From contig NC_057718.1 in the NCBI RefSeq assembly GCF_004010195.1, positions 103,368,754-103,405,915 on the forward strand: DNA of 37,162 nucleotides, read 5' to 3'. The notes under the pieces were generated by a model. That model made no database searches. It was not told where the DNA came from and saw only the letters and a program-made list of their open reading frames with translations. The translations under genes and the position numbers were made by a program. Shown in pieces: positions 1 through 11,784 of the stretch. Position 1 is the first letter of the stretch. Each line of letters starts with the position of its first letter. The stretch comes from Chiloscyllium plagiosum (taxonomy: Eukaryota).

Positions 1-186
1 AGAGAGACAGAGAAAGACAGTAAGAAAGAACAGATAGAGGGAGAAACAGAGAGAGAGATAGACAAAGATAGACAGAGAGAGAGAGGGAGACAGAGGCAGA
101 GTGCAAAAGAGATAGAGAGAGAGTGAGAAAGAACAGAAAGAGCCAGAAGGGGAGGGAGACAGAGAGAGAGACAGAGAGAAAGAGTG
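1..186. repeat. GA-rich low-complexity/microsatellite tract ((GA)n/(GACA)n-like)
   Basis: Near-pure purine tract agagagacagagaaagacag... read directly. Confidence 0.9.
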
Positions 187-987
187 AGTAGGTTTTGTTT
201 GCTTGCTCCGGAGAGGAATTTTGAGTGAAGGGGGTAGGGGTACACAAGAACGCAGCCATTTGCAGGGGCTCCCATTCACATAAGCAATACATCTCCCCTG
301 GGGGAGAGCTCTTGGGAGGAGAAAGGGGACGTGAGAGTGGGGGGGGTTGGAAGTGCCTCGGAACTTGTCCCTCCCTCCCCGAAGCATAGAGTCACTTAAA
401 GAGGGGAGAGGGTGGGGAAACAGGCTTTGAGTTGGTAACAGGGAAATGTGGGGGTAGAATTTAGGGTTAGTGAGCGTGGGGGTGGGGGTGGGGAGCGATG
501 GTGATCTGTAGCTAGGAAATGCTAGGTGGCCTCAAGGAAAGGGCATCAGTCCCAGCAAAATGTACTTAACGTGGTCCATTCAGAGAATGCAATAAGGCGT
601 GACTGGGAACTAATCTCTGTATTTAAATGTTTGACTCAAAATTATCTGAATGAATTTTAATGGGAAAAGGAGAGATCGGTTTTCCACTGGATTCATGATA
701 GTCTGTATCCATCCTGTTTGGGAAGGGGGGGAGAAACAGTTCTGGCACTAACAATTTTATTTAAAAAAGACAAAATGGTTTGCTTTACATTTTGAGCAGT
801 GCTAGTTTGAGAGCTACACTCCTTGCTGAGTGGGCTGTGATCACTATCATTCAGTTACAGGGCTCCTGATCTCTCCATTGAACCAGTCCAGCCTTTTGCT
901 GCAACACCTTGCATTTTACAAAACTAAACTGAAACAGAAAACACGAAAGAGTCACAGCAGACATGAAGCTGTACAGATGTCACATTA

Positions 988-1812
988 AAGGAAATGTTCC
1001 ACAAGAGATCAGTGTTGAGTCCACTGTTGTTTGTCATTTCTATAAATGGTTTGGATGAGAATATAGGAGGCGTGGTTAGTAAGTTCATGGTACTTACACA
1101 GGACTTACACAGTTCATAGTAGGGCTTTGCGAGCATTGGTGAACAGAGAGACCTAGGGGTGCAGGTACATAGTTCCTTGAAAGTGGAATTGTCGGTAGAC
1201 AGGGTTGTGAAGGAGGTGTTTGGTATGCTTGCTTTCATTGGTCAGAGCACTGAGTCTGGCAGTAAGGAGGTTAGCTGTCCAGGACATTGGTGATACTACT
1301 TTTAGAATAACGCATTCAGTTCAAGTCTCCCTGCTATTATTACATTGGAAAGATTGCAGAAAAGATGGAAAAGGATGTTGCCAGGATTGGTTGTGAGGAG
1401 AGGTTGGATAGGCTGGGATCCGTGGATCACATGAAGTTGAGGGGTGATCTGATAGAGGTTTATAAAATCATGAGTGTCATGGAAAAGGTGAATAGTGAGG
1501 GTCTTTTCCCAGGAGTCGGAGAATTTAAAACTAGAGGGCATAGTTCTAAGGCGAGAGGGGAAAGGTTTAAAAGGGATGTGAGGGCAACCTTTTCACACAG
1601 AGGATGGTGCATATGTGGAATGAGCTGCCAGAGGAAGTGGTAGGTGAAGGTACAGTTATACATTTGAAAGACATTTGGACAGGTAAATGCATAGGAAAGG
1701 TTTCAAGGGCTATAGGTTAAATGCAGGCAAATGGAACTAGTTTAGTTTGGGAAACCTGGTCAGCATGGACAAGTTGGACCGAAGGGTCTGTTTCCGTACT
1801 GGCTGACTGTTT
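988..1812 (+). mobile_element. Degenerate, internally deleted CR1-clade LINE (RT fragment, ORF2 C-terminus and 3'UTR)
   Basis: 991-1086 decodes as a decayed VPQGSVLGPLLFVIYINDLDENIGGVVSKF RT motif. ORF 1365-1643 contains EERLDRLG...LRGDLIEVYKIM...TRGHS. The 3' tail ttggaccgaagggtctgtttcc is CR1-type. Confidence 0.85.
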
Positions 1813-1826
1813 GAAACGTGTGTATG

Positions 1827-4800
1827 CATTGGACAGGGTGCAGATGCTATTTACAAGAACATTGGAGAGGGAGTGGATGGTATTCATAAGAATATTAGAG
1901 AGGGTGCAGATGCTATTCAGAAGAACATTGGAAAGGGTGAAGATGTTATTCACAAAAACATTGGAGAGGGTGCGGATGGTACTCACAGGAACATTGAGGA
2001 GGGTGCACATGTTATTCACAATATCATTGGAAAGGGTGCAGTTACTAATCACAAGGACATTATAGAGGGTGGAGATGTTATTCACAAGAACATAAAAGAG
2101 GCTGTAGATGGTAATCACAAGAACATTGGAGAGGGTGCGGATGGTACTCACAGGAACATTGGAGAGGGTGCACATGTTATTAACGAGATCATTGGAGAGG
2201 GTGCAGATGTAATTCACAAGAACATTGCAGAGGGTGCGGTTGGTAATCACGGGAATATTGGAGAGGATGTGAATGCTACTCACGAGAAAATTGGAGAGGG
2301 TGCAGATGCTACTCACAAGGACATTGGAGAAAGTGTGGATGCTACTCACAAGAACATTGGAGAAGGTGTGGATGCTACTCACAAGAACATTGGAGAGGGT
2401 GTGGATGGAATTCACAAGTGAAGAGGGTACAGATACTATTCACAAGAGCTTTGGAGAGGGTGCGGATACTACTCATAAGGACATTGGAGAGTGTGCAGAT
2501 GGTATTCAGAAGAATATTGGAGAGGGTGCGGTTGGTACTCTCAAGAACATTGGAGAGGGTTCAGATGTTATTCACAAGAACATTAAAGAGGGTGTAGATG
2601 GTAATCACAAGAACATTGAGAGGGTGCAGATGTTATTCACAAGTAAATGGGGGAGGGTGTGGATGTTATTCACAAGAACATTGGAGAGGGTACAGTTGCT
2701 ACTCACAAGAACATTGGTGAGGGTGTGGAGGTCATTCACAAGAACATTGGAGAGTGTGTGGATGTTATTCACAAGAACATTGGAGAGGGGGCGGAGGTCA
2801 TTCACAAGAACATTTGAGAGGATGCAGATGTTATTTACAACAACATTGGAGAGGGTGTGGATACTACTCACAAGAACATTGGGAAGGGTTTGGATGTTAC
2901 TCACAAGAACATTGAAGAGGGTGCGGATGTTAGTCACAAAGACATTGGAGAGGGTGCAGATCCTATTCACAAGAACATTGCAGAGGGTGCGGATGGTACT
3001 CACAAGGACATTGCAGAGGGTACGGATTGTACTCACAAGGACATTGGAGAGGGTGCAGTTGCGAATCACAAGAATATTGGAGAGGGTGCAGATGTTATTC
3101 ACAATATCATTGGAAAGGGTGCAGTTGCTAATCACAAGGACATGGGAGAGGGTGCAGATGTTATTCACAAGAACATTAAAGAGGGTGTAGATGGTACTCA
3201 CAAGAACATTGGAGTGGGTGCGGATGGTATTCACAAGAACATTGGGGAGGGTGTGGATACTACTCACAAGGACATCAAAGTGGGTGCAGATGCTACCTAC
3301 AAGAACATTGGAAAAGGTTTGGATGTTATTCACAAGAACATTGGCGAGGGTGCGGTTGTTACTCACAAGAACATTGGAGAGGGTGCACAAGCTACTCACG
3401 GGGACATTGAAGAGAGTCCGTTTGTTATTCACACGAACATTGGAGAGGGTGCAGATGGTATTCACAAGTACATTGGAGAGGGTGCGATTGTTACTCACAA
3501 GGATATTGAAGAGGGTGCGGATGCTACTCACAAGAACATTGGAAAGGGTTTGGATGGTAATCACATGAATATTGGAGAGGGTGTGGATGTTATTCACAAG
3601 AACATTGCAGAGGGTGTGGTTGTTACTCACAAGAACATTGGAGAGGGTGTGGATGTTATTCACAAGAACATTGGAAAGGGTGTGGTTGTTACTCACAAGA
3701 ACATTGGAGAGGGTGCAGATGTTATTCACAAGGACATTGCAGAGGGTGTGGTTGTTACTCAAAAGAACATTGGAGAAGGTGTGGATGTTACTCACAAGGA
3801 CATTGGAAAGGGTGTGGTTGTCACTCACAAGAACATTGGAGAGGGTGTGGTTGTTACTCACGAGAACATTGAAGAGGGTGCGGATGTTATTCACAAGAAT
3901 ATTGGAGAGGGTGCAGATTCTATTCAAAAGAACATTGCAGAGGGTGCGGATGTTATTCACAATATCATTGGAGAGGGTGCAGTTGCTAATCACAAGGACA
4001 TTGGAGATAGTGCAGATGTTATTCACAAGAACATTAAAGAGGGTGTAGATGCTATTCACAGGAACATTGGAGAGGGTGAGGATGATATTCACAAGAACAT
4101 TGGAGAGGGTGTAGATGGTACTCACAAGAACATTGGAGAGGGTGTGGATACTACCCACAAGAACATTGGAAAAGTTTGGATGTTATTCACAAGAGCATTG
4201 GCGAGGGTGCGGTTGTGACTCACAAGAACATTGGAGAGGGTGCACAAACTACTCACGGGGACATCGAAGAGATTGCGGTTATTATTCACACGAACATTGG
4301 AGAGGGTGCAGATGGTATTCACAAGAACATTGGAGAGGGTGCAATTGTTACTCACAAGGACATTGAAGAGGGTGCAGATGCTACTCACAAGAACATTGGA
4401 AAGGGTTTGGATGTTATTCATAAGAACATTGGAGAGGGTGCGGATAGTAATCACATGAATATTGGAGAGGGTGCGGAGGTTATTCACAAGAACATTGGAG
4501 AGGGTGCGGAAGCTATTCACAAGAACATTGGAGAGGGTGCAGATTCTATTCAAAAGAACATTGCAGAGGGTGCGGAAGGTACTCGCAAGGACATTGGAGA
4601 AGGTGCAGATGGTACTCGCAAGGACATTGGAGAAGGTGCAGATGGTACTCGCATGGACATTGGAGAAGGTGCGGATGGTACTCGCAAAGACATTGCAGAG
4701 GGGGCGGATGGTACTCGCAAGAACATTGGAGAGGGTGCAGATGCTACTGACAAAAACATTGGAGAGGGTGCAGATGCTATTCACCAGAATATTGGAGAGA

Positions 4801-7800
4801 GTTTAGATGTACTCACAAGATCATTGGAAAGTGTGCAGTTGCTAATCACGAGAACATTGGAGAGGGTGCAGGTGTTATTTGCAAGAACATTGGAGAAGGA
4901 GCGGATGCTACGCAGAAGAACATTGGAGAGGGTGTGGATGTTATTCACAAGAACATTGGAGAGGGTGCAGATGCTACTGACAAGAACATTAGAGAGGGTG
5001 GGGATGTTATTCACAAGAACATTGGCGAGGGTGCGGTTGTTACTCACAAGAACATTGTAGAGGGTGCGGAAGCTACACACGAGAACATGGAAGAGGGTGC
5101 GGTTGTTATTCACAAGAACATTGGAGAGGGTGCAGATTGTATTCACAAGAACGTTGAAGAGGGTGCGGATGCTACTCACAAGAACATTGGAGAGGGTGCT
5201 GTTGTTACTCACAAGAACATTGGAGAGAGTACACATTCTATTCAAATGAACATTGCAGAGGGTGCGGATGGTATCACAAGGACATTGGAGAGGGTGCGGT
5301 TGCTAATCACAAATACATTGGAGAGGGTGCAGATGCTATTCACCAGAATATTGGACATGGTGCACATGTTATTCACAAGAACATTGGAGAGGGTGAAGAT
5401 GCTACTCACAAGAACATTGGAGAGGGTGCAGATGCTACTCACGAGAACTTTGGAGAGGGTGTAGATGATACTCACAAGAACATTGGAGAGGGAGCAGATG
5501 TTATTCACAAGGACATTGGTGAGGGTGCGGTTGATAATCACAAATACATTGGAGAAGGTGCAGATGCTTTTCACCAGAACATTGGAGAGGCTGAAGATGC
5601 TACTCACAAGAACAATGGAGAGGGTGTAGATGGTACTCACAAGAACATTGGAGAGGCTGAAGATGCTACTCACAAGAACATTGGAGAGGGTGTGGATGTT
5701 ATTCACAAGAACATTGGAGAGGGTGTGGATGTTATTCACAAGAACATTGGAGAGGGTGCAGATGGTATTCACAAGAACATTGGAGAGGGTGCTGTTGTTA
5801 CTCACAAGAACATTGGAGAGAGTACACATTCTATTCAAATGAACATTGCAGAGGGTGCGGATGGTACTCACAAGGACATTGGAGAGGGTGCAGTTGCTAA
5901 TCACAAATACATTGGAGAGGGTGCAGGTGCTATTCACCAGAATATTGGACATGGTGCACATGTTATTCACAAGAACATTGGAGAGGGTGCAGATGCTACT
6001 CACAAGAACATTGGAGAGGGTGCAGATGCGACTCACAAGAACATTGGAGAGGGTGTAGATGATACTCACAAGAACATTGGAGAGGGAGTAGATGTTATTC
6101 ACAAATACATTGGAGAAGGTGCAGATGTTATTCACAAGAACATTAAAGAGGGTGTAGATGGTACTCACAAGGACATTGGAGAGGGTGCGGTTGATAATCA
6201 CAAATACATTGGAGAAGGTGCAGATGCTATTCACCAGAACATTGGAGAGGCTGAAGATGCTACTCACAAGAACAATGGAGAGGGTGTAGATGGTACTCAC
6301 AAGAACATTGGAGAGGGTGCAGATGTTTTTCACAATAACATTAAAGAGGGTGTAGATGGTACTCACAAGAACATTGGAGAGGGTGCGGATGGTACTCGTA
6401 AGAGCATTGGAGACGGTGCACATGTTATTCACAATATCATTGGAAAGGGTGCAGTTGCTAATCACAAGGATATTGGAGAGGGTGCAAATGTTATTCACAA
6501 GAATATTAAAGAGGGTGTAGATGGTAATCACAAGAACATTGAGAGGGTGCAGATGTTATTCATAGGAACAATGAAGAAGGTGCAGATGTTATTCACAAGT
6601 AAATGGGAGAGGGTGCGGATGCTATTCACAAGAACATTGGAGAGGGTGTAAATGGTACTCACAAGAACATTGGAGGGGTTGCGGAGGTCATTCACAAGAA
6701 CATTGCAGAGGATGTGGATGTTATTCATAATATCTTTGGAAAGGGTGCAGTTGCTAATCACAAGGACATTGGAGAGGGTGCAAATATTATTCACAAGAAC
6801 ATTAAAGAGGGTGTAGATGGTACTCACAAGAACATCGGAGAGGGTGCGAATGCTACTTAAAAGATCATTGGAGAGGGTGCTGATGCTATTCACAGGAACA
6901 TTGGAGAGGGTGCGGATGATATTCACAGGAACATTGGAGAGGGTGAGGATGGTACTCACAAGAACATTAGAGGGGTTGCGGATGGTATTCACAAGAACAT
7001 TGGAGAGGGTGCGGATGATATTCACAGGAACATTGGAGAGGGTGTGGATACTACTCACAAGAACATTGGAGAGGGTGTAGATTCTATTCAAAAGAACATT
7101 GTGGAGGGTGCGGATGCTACTCACAAGGACATTGGAGAGGGTGAAGATGCTATTCACCAGAACATTGGAGAGGGTGCNNNNNNNNNNNNNNNNNNNNNNN
7201 NNNNNNNNNNNNNNNNNNNNNNNNNNNNNNNNNNNNNNNNNNNNNNNNNNNNNNNNNNNNNNNNNNNNNNNNNNNNNNNNNNNNNNNNNNNNNNNNNNNN
7301 NNNNNNNNNNNNNNNNNNNNNNNNNNNNNNNNNNNNNNNNNNNNNNNNNNNNNNNNNNNNNNNNNNNNNNNNNNNNNNNNNNNNNNNNNNNNNNNNNNNN
7401 NNNNNNNNNNNNNNNNNNNNNNNNNNNNNNNNNNNNNNNNNNNNNNNNNNNNNNNNNNNNNNNNNNNNNNNNNNNNNNNNNNNNNNNNNNNNNNNNNNNN
7501 NNNNNNNNNNNNNNNNNNNNNNNNNNNNNNNNNNNNNNNNNNNNNNNNNNNNNNNNNNNNNNNNNNNNNNNNNNNNNNNNNNNNNNNNNNNNNNNNNNNN
7601 NNNNNNNNNNNNNNNNNNNNNNNNNNNNNNNNNNNNNNNNNNNNNNNNNNNNNNNNNNNNNNNNNNNNNNNNNNNNNAGATGCTACTGACAAGAACATTG
7701 GAGAGGGTGCAAGTACTATTCACATGAACATCGGAGAGGGTGTGGACCTACTCACAATGACATTGGAGAGGGTGCAGATGCTACTGACAAGAACATTAGA

Positions 7801-10593
7801 GAGGGTGGGGATGTTAATCACAAGAACATTGGCGAGGGTGCGGTTGTTACTCACAAGAACATTGAAGAGGGTGCGGATGCTACTCACAAGAACATTGGAG
7901 AGGGTGTGGAGGTCATTCAAAAAAACATTGGAGAGGGTGTAGATGTTATTCACAAGAAAATTGGTGAGGGTGTGGATGCTATTCACAAGAACATTGGAGA
8001 GGGTACAGATGCTATTCACAAGAACATTGGAGAGGGTGCGGATGGTATTCACAAGATCACTGGAAAGTGTGCAGTTGCTAATCACGAGAAAATTGGAGAG
8101 GGTGCAGATGTTACTGACAAGAACATTGGAGAGGGTGTGGATGTTATTCACAAGAACATTGGAGAGAGTGCAGATGCTACTGACAAGAACATTGGAGAGG
8201 GTGCGTATACTATTCACATGAACATTGGAGAGGGTGTGGATACTACTCATAAGAACATTGGAGAGGGTGTGGATGGTATTCCCAAAACATTGGAGAGGGC
8301 GCGGAAGCTAATCACAAGGACATTGGAAGGGTGCGGATGCAGGTGCTATTCACCAGAATATTGGAGAGGGTGAAGATGCTACTCACAAGAACATTGGAGA
8401 GGGTGCGGATGGTATTCACAAGAACATTGGAGAGGGTGCAGGTGCTATTCACCAGAATATTGGAGAGGGTGTAGATGATATTCACCAGAACATTGGAGAG
8501 GGTGAAGATGCTACTCACAAGAACATTGGAGAGGGTGCGCATGGTACTCACAAGAGCATTGGAGAGGGTGCAGATGTTATTCACAAGATCTTTGGAAAGT
8601 GTGCAGTTGCTAATCACAACAGCATTGGAGAGGGTGCAGATGCTATTGGCAAGAACATTGGAGACGGTGCGGATGCTACACAGAAGAACATTGGAGAGGG
8701 GGTGGATGTTATTCACAGGAACATTGGAGACGGTGCGGATGTTATTCACAAGAACATTGGAGAGGGTGTAGATGGTACTCACAAAACATTGGAGAGAGTG
8801 CGGATGTTATTCACAAGAACATTGGCGAGGGTGCGGTGTTACTCACAAGAACATGGGGGAGGGTGCGGAAGCTACTCATGAGAACATTTAAGAGGGTGCA
8901 GTGGTTATTCACACAAATATTGAAGAGGGTGCAGATGGTACTCACAAGAACATTGGAGAGGGTATGGATGCTACTCACAAGAGCATTGGAGAGGGTATGG
9001 ATGCTACTCACACGAACATTGGAGAGGGTGCACATGTTATTCACAAGATCATTGGAAAGTGTGCAGTGGCTAATCACGAGAACATTGGAGAGGGTGCAGA
9101 TGTTATTCGCAAGAACATTGGAGAAGGTGTGGATGTTATTCACAAAAACATTGGAGAGGGTGCAGATGCTACTGACAAGAACATTGGAGAGGGTACGGAT
9201 GCTATTCACACGAACATTGGAGAGGGTGCAGATGGTATTCACAAGAACATTGGAGAGGGTGCGGAAGCTATTCGCAACAACATTGGAGAGGGTGCAGATT
9301 CTATTCAAAAGAACATTGCAGAGGGTGCGGATGGTACTCACAAGGACATTGGAGAGGGTGCAGATGGTATTCACAAGAACATTGGAGAGGGTGTGGATAC
9401 TACTCACAAGGACATTGGAGAGGGTGCAGATGCTACTAACAAGAACATTGGAGAGGGTGCGGAAGCTATTCACAAGGACATTGCAGATGGTGCGGATGGT
9501 ACTCACAAGAACATTGGAGAGGGTGCAGTTGCTAATCAGAACATTGGAGAGGGTGCAGATGCTATTCACAAGAATATTGGAGAGGGTGTAGATGGAATTC
9601 AAAAGAACATTGGAGAGGGTGCAGACGGTACTCACGAGAACATTGGAGAGGGTGCAGATGTTATTCACAATATCATTGGAAAGGGTGCAGTTGCTAATCA
9701 CAAGGACATTGGAGAGGGTGCAGAGATATTCACAAGAACATTAAAGAGGGTGTAGATGGTACTCACAACAACATTGGAGAGGGAGCAGATGCTATTCACA
9801 CGAACATTGGAGAGGCTGCGGAGGTTATTCACAAAAACTTTGGAGAGGGTGCGGAGGTTATTCACAAGAATATTGGAGATGGTGCAGATGGTACTCACAA
9901 GGACATTGGAGAGGGTGTGGATGATATTCACAAAAACATTGGAGAGGGTGCGGATGCTACTCACAAGAATATTTGAGAGTGTGCAAATGTTATTCACAAG
10001 AACATTGGAGAGGGTGTGGATGCTACTCAAGAATATTGGACAGTGTGCAAATGTTATTCACAAGAACATTGGAGAGGGTGTGGATGCTACTCACAAAAAC
10101 ATTGGAGAGGGTGCGGGTGTTATTCACAAGAACATTGGAGAGGGTGTAAATGGTACTCACCAGAACATTGGTGAGGGGCAGATGTTACTCCTAAAAACAT
10201 TAGAGAGGGTGCAGATGTTATTCACAAGAACATTGGAGAGGGCACAGATGTTATTCACAAGAAAATTGGAGAGGGTGTGGATGCTACTCAGAAGAACATT
10301 GGAGAGGATGCAAATATTATTCACAAAAATATTGGAGAGGGTGCAGATGTTATTCACAAGATCATTGGAGAGGATGCAGATGGTATTCACAGGAACATTG
10401 GAGAGTGTGCACGTTATTCACAAGAGCATTGGAGAGGGTGCAGGTGCTACTCACAAGAACATTTTAGAGGGTGCAGATGCTACTCACAGGAACATTGGAA
10501 AGTGTGCAGATGTTATTCACAAGAGCATTGTAGAGGGTGTGGATGCTACTCAGAAGAACATTGGAGAGGGTGCAGATGTTATTCACAAGAACA
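1827..10593 (+). repeat. 33-bp minisatellite (consensus TTGGAGAGGGTGCAGATGTTATTCACAAGAACA), ~160 units before and ~90 after the gap; derived from CR1 ORF2
   Basis: Continuous 33-bp periodicity. Translations show an 11-aa period (HKNIGEGADVI / LERVQMLFTRT / TLSNVLVNNIC). Confidence 0.97.
7178..7677. other. Assembly gap (500 N) inside the minisatellite
   Basis: Run of exactly 500 N, probably a fixed-size scaffold gap, so true array length is unknown. Confidence 0.98.
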
Positions 10594-11040
10594 GTTCAAA
10601 GAATGAGAAACCACACTGATGAGGAGAAATTGATGAAGTTGGGACTGTTGACCCTGGGAGAGGAGAAGGCTAAGAGGTGATTTGATAGAGGTTTTCAAAA
10701 TCATGAGCAGCTGAATAGACTGGGTGAGGCTGCTCCTGCTTGTGAAAGGAAGCAGAATGAGTTGGGCACTGATTTAAAGTGATGTGTAAATGAAGGAAGG
10801 GTGAAGTGCAGGTAACCATTTTCAGCCTGTGACTAATTTGCGTCTGGACCGTAATGCTGGAAAAAATGTGGTGGAGGCAGATTCAATGGAGGCATTGAAG
10901 AGGGGCACTGAATGGTTATGGATAAACATGGAGTGCAAGGATATGGGGAAAAGGTAAGAGATTGGCTCTAGGGGATAGTACCAACATAGATATGATGGAC
11001 TGTATTGCCTGATTCTGCACTGTAACCACTCAGTGATTTT
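10594..11040 (+). mobile_element. CR1 LINE 3' portion, the direct continuation of the last minisatellite unit
   Basis: In frame with the last unit: LERVQMLFTRT-VQRMRNHTDEEKLMKLGLLTL(+1 frameshift)ERRRLRGDLIEVFKIM, followed by a CR1 3'UTR (gtggtggaggcagattc... gatggactgtattgcctgattctgcactgtaac). Confidence 0.85.
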
Positions 11041-11149
11041 GTTGGGTTGCCAGTACTTTCTTATTCTATTTCAGAACCAAACGGTGAACCAAATATAATG
11101 TTTTCCTCAGCCCATCAGCCTGGGGAGGGGAGACATGCCATGGTAGGGG

Positions 11150-11430
11150 GGTCCAGAATAGTGGGCATAGGTTTAAGGTGAGAGGGGAGAGATTTAAAAG
11201 GGACCCGAACGGGCAACTTTTTCACACAGAGGGTTATGTGTGTATGTAATGTGCTGCCAGAGGAAGTGGTGGAGGCTGGCACAATTACAACATTTAAAAG
11301 GCATCTGATTGGATACATGAATAGGAAGGGTTTAGAGGGATTTGGGCCAAATGCTGGCAAACAAGACGGGATTAATTTACGACGGACGAGTTGGACTGAA
11401 GAGTCTGTTTCCATGCTGTATAGCTCTATG
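11150..11430 (+). mobile_element. CR1 LINE 3' end (5'-truncated)
   Basis: gggcataggtttaaggtgagaggggagagatttaaaaggg...; ORF 11236 reads NVLPEEVVEAGTITTFKRHL; tail ctgtttccatgctgtatagctctatga. Confidence 0.88.
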
Positions 11431-11784
11431 AAGAAAATGTGGGTGTCCCTAAAGTATCCAGAGAGCTGTGGTGGGTGGGTGTGTATCTCAACCCCACTTA
11501 GTTCAAAAACCGAGCGGTTGTGACCCCTTTACAAATAAGAGGTGTTACTTAAATAGCTTAGAGGGTCTCAATGCACCGTCCTCAGAGACAGAGAGAGACT
11601 CCTCAGAGCCCCAGAAATCAGCTTCACAGGACTTTAACCAGCCAGGGGAGTAAAGTGTGAAAGTTTTGCCCCTAGGGTGGGGGATTGCTTCAGTGACTGA
11701 ACCGCGCCCCCTGTGTACAACCTTCCCTGAGAGAAATAGGAATGACTAGAGGAGAGTAAAGAACGGCATTCCCCAAACAAATCA

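Noticed and set aside
330..500. G-quadruplex-prone G-runs (also 25408-25435 and 34846-34868)
   Set aside because: Common low-complexity G-tracts with no evidence of function from sequence alone.
7044..7727. ORFs spanning poly-X
   Set aside because: Artefacts of the 500-N gap.
1827..10593. CRISPR-like array
   Set aside because: Units are directly tandem with no unique spacers, there are no cas genes, and the context is eukaryotic.
1717..10619. Long ORFs (up to 517 aa) on both strands, resembling an 11-aa repeat protein (HKNIGEGADVI)n
   Set aside because: The 33-bp unit is a multiple of 3 and stop-free in most frames, so ORFs appear in several frames and on both strands. Frequent frameshifting indels, no splice or promoter context, and the unit is CR1-derived.
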